Origin: Octopus vulgaris
Taxonomy: Eukaryota
Reading direction: 5' to 3'
Assembly (NCBI GenBank): GCA_951406725.2
Contig: OX597827.1
Location: 67,766,001-67,830,000 of the forward strand
Length of the DNA stretch: 64,000 bases
Below, piece after piece: positions 12,875-27,433 of the stretch. Numbering within the stretch: the first letter of the stretch is position 1; each line of letters opens with the position of its first letter. The translations under genes and the position numbers were made by a program. The notes under the pieces were generated by a model. It ran no database searches and was not told the origin of the DNA. It saw nothing but the letters and a program-made list of their open reading frames with translations.

Positions 12875-13708
12875 TAAAAGTAAAAAGGGTGGAAAATTGA
12901 ATATTAATTTTTGATTAATATGAATTTAAAACTAGTGGTCTAGCATATAGAAAAATCTGAGGATTCAGAAAAATTATATTACATACATATAACAGGTGTT
13001 CAGTCCCACTGCGTGGCATCTTGGGCAAGTGTCTTCTACTATAGCCTCGGGCCGACCAAAGCCTTGTGAGTGGATTTGGTAGACGGAAGCTGAAAGAAGC
13101 CTGTCGTATATATATATATATATTTGTTTGTGTGTGTCTGTGTTTGTCCCCCAACATCGCTTGACAACTGATGCTGGTGTGTTTACATCCCCATAATTTA
13201 GCGGTTCGGCAAAAGAGACCGACAGAATAAGTACTAGGTTTACAAAGAATAAGTCCTGGGGGCGATTTTTTCTACTAAAGGCGGTGCTCCAGCACGGCCA
13301 CAGTCAAATGACTGAAACAAGTAAAAGGGTAAAAGAGTATATAAGAGGGATTACCACTAAGTGGACATCCATATGCTAGAAGTCGACCCCCCTATGTTCT
13401 TACCACTAAGAAAGGAATGTTCTCAAGAGAATTTAGCAAACACCAGAACGTAAGCGAGCAAGACAAATGAAAAGTTACCACTTACGTAATCACTGACATA
13501 GATGTCCGCAACTCGTCAGTGTGATCGTTATAGCAAAATATAATTTGCAGAACTATACACGAGTCGTCCGCATGAGATTGAACATGTATATAGTTCTACT
13601 ATTGACATTTGGGGTTCTATTTCAAAAGTCTTCGTTCTGACACGCCAAAATACCGGAAATAATTCGACTTCTAGCATACGGATGTCCACTTAGTGGTCAT
13701 CCCTCTTC
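12875..13708 (-). mobile_element. Fold-back Penelope-like cassette interrupted by a SINE
   Basis: Leader ...aaaactagtggtctagcata..., 44-bp inverted arms at 13343-13386 and 13664-13707, and an internally deleted HHR at about 13488-13526 (CTGACGA retained). Confidence 0.7.
12997..13338 (+). mobile_element. SINE family A, 5'-truncated, nested
   Basis: Starts at gttcagtccc and has a full tail. Confidence 0.9.
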
Positions 13709-13720
13709 TATGTATGTATA

Positions 13721-13840
<120 letters not shown>

Positions 13841-13852
13841 GAAATACATTCT

Positions 13853-14045
13853 TTTATTTTTTCTTCTATTTGCTTCAGTCTTTGGAATACGACCATGCTG
13901 GAGCACAGCCTTTAGTCGAACAAGTCGACCCCACGACTTATTCTTTTTAAGCCTAGTACTTATTCTCTCAGCCTGTTTTGCCGAACCGCTAGGTTACGGG
14001 GACGTAAACATACCAGCATCGTTTGTCAATCGATGGCGGGGAAAC
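13853..14045 (-). mobile_element. SINE family A, 3' half
   Basis: Reverse complement of the tail. Confidence 0.85.
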
Positions 14046-14047
14046 AA

Positions 14048-14385
14048 TCATCATCATCATCATCATTGTTCGACCGTGGTCGAGACAATGGAATTTACTA
14101 TGCTACGCCAGACTTCACGGTCTATCATAGCATTACGGAGGTCCTGTTGCTGGATGCCTGTATCTCTGGAGATTACATCAGGGTAGGAGAGTGTGCGCCC
14201 TCTGGTATCTCGAGGAGATGGCTTCCAGAGGAAAAGAGTAGAAATTGCCTCGTTTTCAGCTCTACAACAATGTCCAGCAACCTGGACTTTCCAACCTTTC
14301 ACAAGAAATATACAGGTGGTAGTTCCCCATATATTTGTATTTTGGTTGGATGACGCTTCCACGAGAGATTTTGAACTCTCATAAG
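14048..14385 (-). mobile_element. RTE-clade LINE 3' end
   Basis: VAGHCCRAENEAISTLFLWKPSPRDTRGRTLSYPDVISRD...AMIDREVWRSIV...* followed directly by a (TGA)n tail. Confidence 0.85.
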
Positions 14386-14862
14386 GAAACAAACAGGTAT
14401 GCAGTATTTTCCCCCATACAAGTTCAATAATTCAAACCCAAATTCACAGCCTAAAAACAAGGATAAGGTCGACTTATACACCAAGACAACTTCGGAAGAC
14501 TAAAACTTCCATGGGAAATGCAACAGGATTATGGAAAGATAGTGACGATGTTTGAATGTTTTCATTATATGTTTACACTATATGCAACGTCGACTTGTAC
14601 GCCGGAAGATACGGTATATATAGATATAAATATATATATATGTTTGCGTGTGTGTGTATCTGCTCTTTTTGTATGCTTCTGTCTGTTCGTCTGCGCATTC
14701 TCTCGCCCGCGCGGAGACTAGATTACGTGTTGATGTTAACATAACCAACAAATACCAAGATATCTTAGCATAAAAATAATAACATCAGCATCACTTATGA
14801 CAATATCAACAACATTCAAAGCATTAACCTCGAAAATAGCAATAACAACAACCTCATATACC

Positions 14863-14908
<46 letters not shown>

Positions 14909-14978
14909 TGCATATATATATATATATACATATATACATATACATATATACATACATATATATACATATATATACATG

Positions 14979-15031
<53 letters not shown>

Positions 15032-15359
15032 GCACTTATGTATACATGGATTCAGGCATAGATATACAGATACACCCACACATAAACGCAAAGCCTCAGA
15101 TATGAATATACATATGAATAAATATATCCAGATATGTATACATACATACAGATACACATATATATACATACATGTATATGTATATATATATGTGTGTATA
15201 TATATATGCATATATATATATATATTTTATATTGGTATATAAATATACCTACATACATAAATCTGTATACACATGTATCCACCATAGAATACGAACATAC
15301 ATATGCACATATATGTGTATGTACATGTATGTATGCATATGTGTGTGCGTGTGAGTATG

Positions 15360-15460
<101 letters not shown>

Positions 15461-15684
15461 GTAGAGTGATAGATACATCCATCCATTTATACATAGATGC
15501 ATACATACATACATACATACATACATACATACATACATACATACATACATACATACATACATACATGCATACACACAGACACATACACGCATACTCATCA
15601 TTAGTGGCCTCGCGTTCGTTAATTTATGCACACTTTATGTTATGATACCCTTTCGTCGTCTATCTCAGTTCAACCGAAAATAAA

Positions 15685-15743
<59 letters not shown>

Positions 15744-16240
15744 ACAAACAAAGCTCACCCAACCAAGCCACACACGTGCTTTACGTCCTCCTTTCTATCC
15801 CTCGTCTTCCTTGTCCTTCCTTTCCTTTGACACACACCAACACACACAATCAAACGGGGATATTCATAACTGTGCGTATATGCATAAAATATAAGTGCGC
15901 GCGTCTGTATGTGCGTCTGTCTCTCTGTCTGTCTGTCTATATGTGAATGCGTGTGGGGTGTGGGATGCGGGGTGGGGGGTTAGTTCTACAGTCTTCTTAA
16001 TCCTACCCCGGAATACAAATATACTTTAGCCCCCACCCGAAAGCTAAACAAACTTACGCAGACATCGACATACGCTTCTTATCTCTGTAAACCTCCTACG
16101 CTTGCTTATTTTCCTTCTCTCTATACCTTGTTATTCAGTTTTATCATCGTCGTCGTCGTCATCATCATCATCATCATCATAATTATCATTGTTGTTATTG
16201 CTATTATTACTATTTTCATATTTCATATACATGTACACGC

Positions 16241-16275
<35 letters not shown>

Positions 16276-16454
16276 AATATATAGGTACATGTGTACACAT
16301 ATAATTATGCATGCACAGACACGCGACACGCATAGGTATGTTATAAATATACGTGTCTGTGTATACATGTATTATACATACATATATATATGTGTGTCTG
16401 TGTGTGTGTATACATGTATACATATATGTATATGCATACATATATATGTATATG

Positions 16455-16525
<71 letters not shown>

Positions 16526-16527
<2 letters not shown>

Positions 16528-16928
16528 TCTTTACTCTTTTATTTTTTTTTGTTTCAGTCATTTGACTGCGGCCATGCTAGAGCAACGCCTTTTAGTCGAT
16601 CAAATTGACCCCAGAATTTATTCTTTGTAACCCCAGTACTTTTTCCCTTGGTCTCTTTTGCAGAACCGCTAACTTACGGGGGCGTAAACACACCAGTATC
16701 GGTTGTCAAGCGATGTTGCGTGGACAAACACACACACACACACACCACACATATATATACATATATACGACAGGCTTCTTTCAGTTTCCATCTACCAAAT
16801 CCACTCACAAGGCTGGTCGGCCCGAGGCTATAGTAGAAGACACTTTCCCAAGGTGTCACGCAGTGGGACTGAACCCAGAACCATGTGGTTCGTAAGCAAG
16901 CTACTTACCACACAGTCACTCCTACGCC
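16526..16928 (-). mobile_element. SINE family A, full length
   Basis: Head and tail both present. Confidence 0.9.
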
Positions 16929-17160
16929 TATATATTCATATTTATATTATATTATATGTATACATGCATACGTACATACATACATGCATACGTATGGATG
17001 GGCGTAGACTATGTATACGAACATTGCATTTCATTTTATATTGTTTCAAATTTCTTTTGAAACGTTTTGTATATCAAATAGAATACACTAATATATTGTT
17101 TACCAATGTATGTTTACAGGAATAAATTAAGAAAATAGATGCACAGCTCAACAAAGGAAT

Positions 17161-17277
<117 letters not shown>

Positions 17278-17404
17278 CATGCATACATATACGCAAATGT
17301 ACATATACTTGTATATATGTTTATATATCTGCGCGCGTGTGTGTGTGTGTGTGGGTTTGTGTGTGTCAACCAACCGTCCAACATGCCTGCATTTAAAGTG
17401 TAAA

Positions 17405-17901
17405 AACCCACTTTGGTCATGAATAACCATGGGATTGCGCCTAGAAAGTTCCACTCCTAGGGACAAGTGCAGTCAAAGTTGTTTTATGAAGACCAGCAGT
17501 AACACATGCATACCAGCCTCCACTCCCCAGGTCATTATATGTATATAGGATGATGGGTAAAGACCCCCTTCGGTCATGAATAACCATGGAATTGAACCTA
17601 GGACGTTCCCCTCCGAGGCAAGGTTGTTTGCGGAAGACCAGCAGTTGCCCATGCACACCTGTTCACGTCCATGCACACCTGTTTCTGCCTACGCCCATGC
17701 ACACCTGTTCCTCTCCACGCCACCGATGTTATCTAAGAGAAAGACAAATGCCGACGCAGCTCATTTCTGCAGCTGAGTAAACTCGAACAATGTGTAATAA
17801 AGTGTCTTACTCAAGAACACAACACACAGTCCGGTCCGGGAACCGAACTCACTACCTCATGATTGTGAGGCCGATGCTCTAACCGTTGATCCATGTGTCA
17901 T
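17405..17901 (-). mobile_element. SINE family D (17557-17901) plus extra tail fragment
   Basis: Reverse complement of 29172-29497; a duplicate tail lies at 17405-17530. Confidence 0.8.
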
Positions 17902-17905
17902 TAAC

Positions 17906-17960
17906 AGCCGACGAGAATGCATCGTAGCTCTTCGCTCCGACATTCGAAACTCCGAGTACT
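17906..17960 (+). ncRNA. Hammerhead motif, CCGACGA variant
   Basis: ag-CCGACGA-gaatg..cattc-GAA-actc(c)gagt-A-ct. Helix I is short because a SINE abuts it. Confidence 0.6.
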
Positions 17961-18055
17961 ACAATGACAACTTACTGTTTGTTCTAAATTATAACATATA
18001 TGAATAATTTTCTATTTAATCTAATATCGAGGATTCATTCTTTTGTTGTCAGTTT

Positions 18056-18578
<523 letters not shown>

Positions 18579-18599
18579 TTTTATATGTGCGTGTATAAT

Positions 18600-18870
18600 T
18601 TTGAAAAGGAACACACGAGTTGATATGTATAAAGAAAATAAGACAAGGTAGAAAATGCTAAAATAATTTTATTATGAAGAACATTTTAGTACCGGTTTCA
18701 GCCTTTGCGACTTTTTCAACTAAGAGTAAAGCATGAAAATCAATTAAATTGTGGAAAAATTAAATGAAATGTTTTTTAAAAATGATTTCCATAGTTTTCA
18801 AATGCAAGGGACATGTTCCTTTTTTTCTGTCTGTCCCTGTCTCTCTTTTTTACTCTTGTGAGGGCTCGGT
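18600..18870 (-). mobile_element. Penelope-like terminal fragment with decayed HHR (18686-18723)
   Basis: Reverse complement ttag-TTGAAAA-agtc..ggct-GAA-accggt-A-ctaa. Confidence 0.5.
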
Positions 18871-19286
18871 AGCAGGTAGCAGGTTGTAGTAGTAGTCCTA
18901 ATATTTTATATGAGTTCTTGGTTTTGATCATTTAAGTAGCAGCAGTAGCTGAGAAAGGAGGCGAAGAAGAAGAAGAAGAAGAAGAAGAATATAAAGTATA
19001 CCCATTCCAGTATGAACACATACATACGTACGTACATAGGCAGATAGATTTATACATACATACATATATATATGTGTGAGTACATTGATTAATGAGCAGA
19101 TGATATACACAAATACATACGTTCGTATTTAAATATCAGTAAAATACAAGCAGGTAGATAATAATTCCTAGAAGGGAAAAGAAATAGATAAGTATTTAGT
19201 GTATAAATAAAGGAATAGATACTCAACAAAGAAGAAAAAAGAAGAGGACGAGGGGGACTAAGAAGAAGAAGAACGGGAAATGGTGT

Positions 19287-19340
<54 letters not shown>

Positions 19341-19495
19341 CCGTAGTAGTAGTAGTAGTAGTAGTAGCCGTAGTAGTAGTAGAGTGAAAGAAGAAGAGAA
19401 AGAAGAATTAATAGTTGTAGTAGTAGTCGTAGTAGTAGAAGAAGAAGAAGTAGAAGAAGAGGTAGAAGAAAATTAGTAATAGTATAAGAATAAGC

Positions 19496-19553
<58 letters not shown>

Positions 19554-20321
19554 GGTGGTGGTGGTGGTGGTGGTGGTGATGATAATGACGACGATGATGA
19601 TGGTGGAGGAGGAGGAAGAAGAGCAAGAGAAGGGGTAGGACGTTTGCCACATAGATAGAATGATTAAACAGACGACCAGCATTTGACGATCGCGTTACTT
19701 AGTAATTAACCGAAAGAAGAAGAAGAAGAAGAAGAAGAAGAAGAAGAAGAAGAAGAAGAAGAAGAAGAAGAAGAAGAAGAAGAAGAAGAAGAAGAAGAAG
19801 AAGAAGAGCAAAAATGAGCGCCAAGTGGAAAATAGATGAATAAAAAAAATATGAATCAGCGATACGGCGTCCATTTTTAAACGTTCGGTGTTCGTTGAAG
19901 TAAGCGAATTTTCTATGAAAATGCGATCTGGCAACATCACAGGAGACCCGGTCAGTCTACATGCACACGTACTCACCAGTTGATTATCACTCGTGTACAT
20001 CTGTCTCCTTATCGCGTCTCGTATCGGGCCCGTATCTGTTATCGTACTACACATCTGTTTCTGACTAGGAGCGTTCATTGAGCCAAACAAGCAACTCATA
20101 TACACACACACAAACACACATATACACACGCAGACACAAACATGCACACGCTCGCACATACACTCACACAGATAAATATATACCCATACGATGGCACACT
20201 ACTCATAGACACGTATACGCATCCACAAATACGTGTGCATACGCACATTGGCATACATATACATATATATATATACATACACACACATATGTCTGAATAT
20301 GTATGTATATATATATATATA

Positions 20322-20399
<78 letters not shown>

Positions 20400-20792
20400 T
20401 ACACATACACATAAAAATATGTATACGTTTATATATATATATACACATAATTATATATATATGTGTGTGTGTTGTGCGTATACATATATATTTATATATA
20501 TATATATATAAAATATGTATGTATGTATATGAGACACGTTTGCGTGTATGCATATGCAGGAACACAAATAAAGACATACCCGGGGTACAACGTATATGTC
20601 AATACGTCCATACACATCCATGAAAGATTATCACACACATAACAAACGGAACAAGACAGACTGGGGCACCCACGCAAGCAAATAAACATACATACATACA
20701 TACATACATACATACATACATACATACATACATACATACATACATACATGCATGCATGCATACATACATACATACATACATACATACATACA

Positions 20793-20826
<34 letters not shown>

Positions 20827-21121
20827 CAAGTGAAGGTGTGCTTGCACACGCGGTGATAAACATACTAAAAGCTACCAGACAGAAATTTAGACTGATATAG
20901 AGATATGGATGAATATACGTAAATACAATCCGTGTTAATGTTTATAGGTCCATATATAAATATTAACTCCCGTAAATACACGTACTTAGATCATCGTGCG
21001 CTCGCACACACACACACATACATAGACACATATATATATATGTGTGTATGTGTCTGTGTATGTGTGTGTTTGTGTGAGTATCTCCATACATATACTCACT
21101 CAAAAACATACATGCATACGT

Positions 21122-21346
21122 AAGTTGAGATTTATACCCGTAGTGATTGGGGTACCAGGAAGAGTACTGAAGTACTTTGGCACCAATCTTGAGATATTAG
21201 GATCTTGAGGAACATAAAGAGGCAATTTATGTAGAAGAGTACAGATACAAGCCATCAACTGAACTGTCATGTTCTGTAAAACTATACGCAAGTTCAGCAT
21301 ACGAACGCTAGGCGTACTGACCTGTGCATGCTAAAATCCAAATAGT

Positions 21347-21413
<67 letters not shown>

Positions 21414-21529
21414 ATTACGTGATCATGTAATCAAACAAGCAACGATGTTGCTACACTTCCTGTCAAATGCGCTCGCATTGTTTTAGTAATGACGCCACCT
21501 CACTGGCTATTGTGGTGATATCGCCATAG

Positions 21530-21613
<84 letters not shown>

Positions 21614-21775
21614 TATACAAACAGACACACACATACCTACACATAAATGCACAATTACCTTGGTGGTATTAAAATTTTAGTTAAGGCCTCATGGATGCTG
21701 GTTAGTTGCCGGCTCTTTCTCCATTGGCAAGAAATATACAAATAAAACTAAATAATATACCTACATATATAGATA
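21122..21775 (+). mobile_element. Degraded RLE element C-terminus and probable 3'UTR ((TACA)n family)
   Basis: KLRFIPVVIGVPGRVLKYFGTNLEILGS*GT*RGNLCRRVQIQAIN*TVMFCKTIRKF aligns by eye to the 62373-62600 peptide. It is interrupted by (TA)n and a SINE C tail piece (21408-21510). Confidence 0.65.
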
Positions 21776-21949
21776 CATACATAATGATGATTTTACACTC
21801 GTGACCGAGGAAGACTTTTACTGACTGTTGAAACATTGTGCTCTCAAACGCACAGTTACCTTATCATACATTTGTGGTTCCGCTGTTGATTAATGAGGCC
21901 AGTTCTTGATAAGCATACATGTCTGCAGATATTGCAAACCGAGCTTTCT

Positions 21950-22633
21950 CCATTCAACACACTGGAGGTGTATAGTTGCTCAGGAACCAGCTACTAGAAC
22001 GAATCTGATGAAGATAAATATTGACAAAACTCAGGTCGCAAATATACAATCTTCAGGAAAGGAGACGAAAGTATTAATCATATTTGAGTGAGTGTAGTCA
22101 GGTAGCACGAAATGAGTATAAGCATAGATGTGTTAATCAAGCACGTGGCTTCAAAATAACAGGAAAGTGGTATGAGCACGAACCAGACGTTGTGACAGAG
22201 AACGAGATTTACAAGTTCTTATGGGACTTTCCCATAATGACTGACCACACTAGAGAAGCAAGATCAAATATGATTATAGAGTGCAAAATCAAAAAACAGT
22301 TTAAGATCATAGACTTTACAATTGCCTTTGATAACAGAGCAGATAGCAAAGAAATTTAAAAACAATTGAGAAATATCAAGACCTAGTCAGAGAGCTGAAA
22401 AGACTGTGGAAAACAAAGACAATAGTTATTCATGTGGTAATTAGTGCAATTGGAAAAATACCAAAAATTGTTTTCTAAAAAACTAAAGAATATTGGGAAT
22501 GAGACACGCATTGTCATCGTGCAGAATTACCAACCATCCACTATTCAGCTAGAATCCTAAGGAACATTCTTGACAATTGAGGAGCCTTTTCTTCAAACAT
22601 CAGCATAATTTTTCCTGCTACTTAAAATTAGCT
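21950..22633 (+). mobile_element. Degraded R4/Dong-like RLE retrotransposon 3' part
   Basis: VAQEPATRTN..IDKTQ / ECSQVARNEYKHR / WYEHEP..V.ENE..K.LWDF.I.TD / IIDF / EKYQDLVRELKRLW / ARILRNILDN*, then (TAA)n. Confidence 0.85.
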
Positions 22634-22644
22634 CAATAATAATA

Positions 22645-22730
<86 letters not shown>

Positions 22731-22731
<1 letters not shown>

Positions 22732-22920
22732 CAATTTTCTTAAGGTTTCTTAAGAAACAAAAAGATGTTTTTTTATGGTTTCTAAAACATTCCATAGAAC
22801 AACACTGAGTACAAAACCAAATATATAGCACCCTAGCCATAACACCAACATCAACTTCTAACTTGTCTCTTGAGGTCTCTGGGTGAGACTTGGACAAATG
22901 TAAGGCAAAAGTCAAATATA
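22731..22920 (+). mobile_element. Dong-like 3'UTR, diverged copy
   Basis: ttgtctcttgaggtctctgggtgagacttgga is shared with 23340-23420 and 24680-24752; (TAA)n on both sides. Confidence 0.8.
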
Positions 22921-22921
22921 A

Positions 22922-22967
<46 letters not shown>

Positions 22968-22990
22968 TAATAATAATAATAATAATAATA

Positions 22991-23417
22991 AGACCTACCA
23001 AAAACTGTCAAGACCTACCAAAAACTGAGCAAATATAAAGATCTTGAAATAGAAATCAGCAAAATGTGGAAGCTGAAGACTAAAACAGTACCTGTTGTCA
23101 TAGGTGCCCTGGGAATGATAGCGAAAGGGACTGATTGCTACCTAACTCAGATACCAGGAAACCCCAAAATGGCAGAAATTCAAAAGATAGTGCTCAATGG
23201 GAACTGCTCATATCCTACGCAAAATACTCTCTATGTAATCCCAAGGTTTAAAACAAACTTTTTTTTTTTAATGTATTAGACATTCACTAGTACAACCCCC
23301 CCCCCCCCGAAAAAAACCCCAAATATATGGCACAGAACTTCCAACCTGTTGTCTCTTGAGGTCTCTGGGTGAGACTTGGAGCCAACTTGTACAGACATAA
23401 AGCAAAAGTCAAACATA

Positions 23418-23418
<1 letters not shown>
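22991..23418 (+). mobile_element. Dong-like element, short 5'-truncated copy
   Basis: KTYQKLSKYKDLEIEISKMWKLKTKTVPVVIGALG; nearly identical to 24305-24752. Confidence 0.92.
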
Positions 23419-23460
<42 letters not shown>

Positions 23461-23461
<1 letters not shown>

Positions 23462-24531
23462 TCTATCTGCCAAGAAAAGAGGGAGGCCGTGGTCTTTTGC
23501 AACTGGCAATAACAATGAAGATTGCTACAATTGGCCTAGACACCTACCTGAAAAACTCTGAGGACTGGATGTTAAAACTTGTCTCAAAACATGAAAACAA
23601 GAAAGCATCATACTCAGTCACAAAACAGGCAAAGGAATATCTAAGTGAATTCCGAATACAACCAATTTCGGAATTAGAGATAGATATACAAGAAACAAGC
23701 ACAGAAAAAGCTAGGCGCATGAAAACCCGTGCCAAAACTGCGGCCTTAGATATTCTGAATAATAAATGGCAAGAAAAACCTCTCTATGGCAAATACCCAA
23801 AGAGAGCGAATAATGCAGATATCGACAAAGCCCTGACCCATCAATGGCTAATGGCCTCTGGCTTAAAATCTGAAACAGGGGGGTTTATCATAGCAGCTCA
23901 AGATCAATGCCTACCAACAAGAAACTACCAGGCCAACATATTTAAGATCAGAAGCAGTCCAACGTGTCGTGTATGCAAGCAACAAAATGAAACCATTGAC
24001 CATGTGGTCTCCAAGTGCAGTCTTCTAGCGCCTACAGAGTATCTCAACAGGCACGATAGAGCTGCACAATATATTCACTGGGTAATCTGTAAAAACCTGG
24101 ACTTGCCCCATGAAAAAAACTGGTGGGAACACAAACCACCCCCAGTGCTTGAAAATGACCACATCTCACTCCTCTGGAACTTCACCATTCAAACTGACAG
24201 GAAGATAGATGCAAATAGGCCAGACATCATATTGAAAAACTTCAAACAAAGAACATGCCTCCTCATTGATATGACTGTCCCAATCGATATAAACGTATCT
24301 GTCAAGACCTACCAAAAACTGAGCAAATATAAAGATCTTGAAATAGAAATCAGCAAAATGTGGAAGCTGAAGACTAAAACAATACCTGTTGTCATAGGTG
24401 CCCTGGGAATGATAGCAAAAGGGGCTGATAGCTACCTAACTCAGATACCAGGAAACCCAAAAATGGCAGAAGTTCAAAAGATAGTGCTCATGGGAACTGC
24501 TCATATCCTACGCAAAATACTCTCTATGTAA
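23461..24531 (+). CDS. C-terminal part of the retrotransposon ORF: post-RT linker, CCHC knuckle, restriction-like endonuclease (no start codon; RT core missing)
   Basis: Open frame IYLPRKEGGRGL...KPLYGKY...AAQDQCLPTRNY...CRVC(x8)H(x4)C...RHD...NRPD...LID...K..KY..L...PVVIGALG. Confidence 0.9.
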
Positions 24532-24752
24532 TCTCAAGGTTTAAAACAAACATAATTTTCGGTTTAAAAAAAAAAAAAAAAACAACTTTTTTTTTTCTTT
24601 TTAGACATTCATTAGTACAACATCCCCACCCCCCAAATATATGGCACACTAGGCATAACAACAACATGAACTTCCAACCCTGTTGTCTCTTGAGGTCTCT
24701 GGGTGAGACTTGGAGCCAACTTGTACAATTATAAAGCAAAAGTCAAACATAG
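23461..24752 (+). mobile_element. R4/Dong-clade non-LTR retrotransposon, 5'-truncated, in (TAA)n
   Basis: ORF plus a ~220-bp 3'UTR, with (TAA)n on both sides. Confidence 0.93.
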
Positions 24753-24765
24753 AATAATAATAATA

Positions 24766-25070
24766 ATAATTCACCTTTGGATAATTCACCTTTGGAAACA
24801 TGGGTGTTTCGTTCAACATCCTTAAAAAATCCTTATTCAGGTACCTTTTGAGCGGGATGGGTTACTCGACCAGAAGAAAATTCTAACTGGGTCCCACCTG
24901 CAAGGTCATGTGCTGTTTATCTTGATATGAGATCATCATGTTGCGCACATACGGTTGTGATGCATGTGCCTGGTGTACCCTTGTCGGACGGGTGGTCATG
25001 ATGGGTATACTGGGCTTTGTATATTTTACCCCAGTGTCACTTTGATGGCATGCACTGCTCTCTCACTCAA
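24766..25070 (+). mobile_element. (TAA)n-tailed non-coding retroelement end, family E
   Basis: Reverse complement of 40926-41220; ends ctctctcactcaa(taa)n. Confidence 0.75.
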
Positions 25071-25104
25071 TAATAATAATAATAATAATAATAACAATAA
25101 TAAT

Positions 25105-25270
25105 AATCCTTTGTACTAAAGCCCTAAAGCCTGAAATTCTTACTAGCGAATTATGTCGATCCCACTGTACTTAATTTATTGACCCCGAAAGAATAAACGG
25201 TGAAGTCAACCTCGGCAGAATTTGAACTCATAACGTAAAGACAGATAAAATACCGCTAAGCCTTACGCCA
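25105..25270 (-). mobile_element. SINE family B, degraded
   Basis: gaccccgaaa..aagtcaacctcggcagaatttgaactca. Confidence 0.7.
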
Positions 25271-25581
25271 ATAACAACAGCAACAACAACAACAACAAAC
25301 CGCAAAGTGTGCTTGGGTAATTATTTACAATATTCACACCTCCACACCAATATTATCTCTACAAGCGTTACAGATAAGATCGGGACGATGACGTCACACT
25401 CTCCAGCACAAAGATAACCACCTACAAAGCCGACATGAATATTACACCCAATGTAATGTCAATTCGCTTTTGGCATGGCCGAGCGTGTGCAGACACCCAC
25501 CATCATATATTACGAATAGTATAACATACCAAGTTCTCAGCACATGCTTTCTGTCTGTCTATCTATCTATCTATCTATCTA

Positions 25582-25635
<54 letters not shown>

Positions 25636-25682
25636 TATAAACATATATATATATACATATATATATAACATATATATATAAC

Positions 25683-25750
<68 letters not shown>

Positions 25751-25754
25751 TGTA

Positions 25755-25799
<45 letters not shown>

Positions 25800-26518
25800 A
25801 ATGTATGAATGTATATATGCACATATATATGCATATATATATATATTTAAATATATATATAGGTGCGTATGCATGTATGCATGTAAATATGTACCTATAT
25901 ATGTGTGTATGCATGTGTATAAATATATGCATATATATATATATATATATATATGTCGATATCTTTCCATCCTTCAAAGATGATGATTCACTTTGTCGCT
26001 ATTCTGAGGTGTATTTATGTTGTTGTTTCCTTTTGTTATCTTCCTTTGCATTTTTCATTTTTCTTTTTCTGTTGTTTTTTTTACCTTATGTCATCGTTCG
26101 TCCCCTCACCGTGCACTATCTGCACCTGCCGAGGCACACTGCCAACCCTCAAACGAAACTGACCAATGAGAATTGGTTTTTAACTAACGGGTGCACATCG
26201 AGCTTCGTTCCTCTGTGGCTTAGCCAATCAAAATCGTTTCGTTCATCATTTTGCTTGAAACATCACAAAGATTGCTTGGAAAGAATAGATAAGCTTTAGT
26301 ACATGTAGTGTCTACTTTTTTATTTGCACTCCTAAACATTTTACTCACACACATATATCTACATACATATGTATATATATCCTATCTCTCTCTATATATA
26401 TATCATGTCTATTTTGATATATATATATATGTGTGCATATAAATATATATACATACATACATATATACATATATATATACATATATATACATATATATAT
26501 ACATATATATATAAATAA

Positions 26519-26708
<190 letters not shown>

Positions 26709-27186
26709 GGAACAAAAATGCAATAGAGGGCATTAAAACTTTCAGACAGATAGACGATAAACATAGGCGGACAAGAGAAAGAACAATTAGAAAGACAGGC
26801 AAAAATTCATTCTTGGCATTCTTTCATCAGTCGAGTACTAGAAGTCACAACCATTTCGGAGTGTTACACTTGAGATGATTCGATATGGTTGTCCCCAAAA
26901 ATGTCTGAGCTAAGAGCATTAGACCCATTTGTAAGAAAGCTAGCGAATGTGTACGGTAACAAAGACAAAAAAAAAAGGGAGAACATGGTACACAATTAAG
27001 AATACAAACAACAATAACAACAGGCGTCTGTTGACTAAGAACAAATCAAATTGAGCTGGCGTATATGAATTGAAAGCCTAAGGGTAGGAACAAAGGAGAA
27101 GGACACAAGAGGTGTTGACGCTTCGGGGTCAGGCCAAGAAAGATCATGTCTGTTCGACATGTATACATATATGTGTGTATATATAG

Positions 27187-27223
<37 letters not shown>

Positions 27224-27224
<1 letters not shown>

Positions 27225-27433
27225 CTTCAAAATAAAGTTGGACCGCTTCCTGTCAGATGTCCCAGAAGAACCAACTTCACGGCAGGAGGTGCAGATGAAG
27301 GCAGCTGCATCAAACTCTCTCATGCACCGAATGTCAATTGCTAAAAAGTATTCGTGAAGTAAAATCATATAGCAACACCGAATGGCGGTGCCCCAGCATG
27401 GCCACAGCCCATGAGCTGAAACTAGATGAAATG

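Noticed and set aside
22006-22014. CTGATGAAG core-like string
   Set aside because: It lies inside retrotransposon coding sequence with no partner helices.
22731-24752. CRISPR-like alternation of repeats and spacers
   Set aside because: The repeats are TAA microsatellites and the spacers are retroelement ends; the DNA is eukaryotic and has no cas genes.
26810-26870. Minus-strand GAAA...CTGATGA (possible type II hammerhead)
   Set aside because: I could not form convincing helices I-III.
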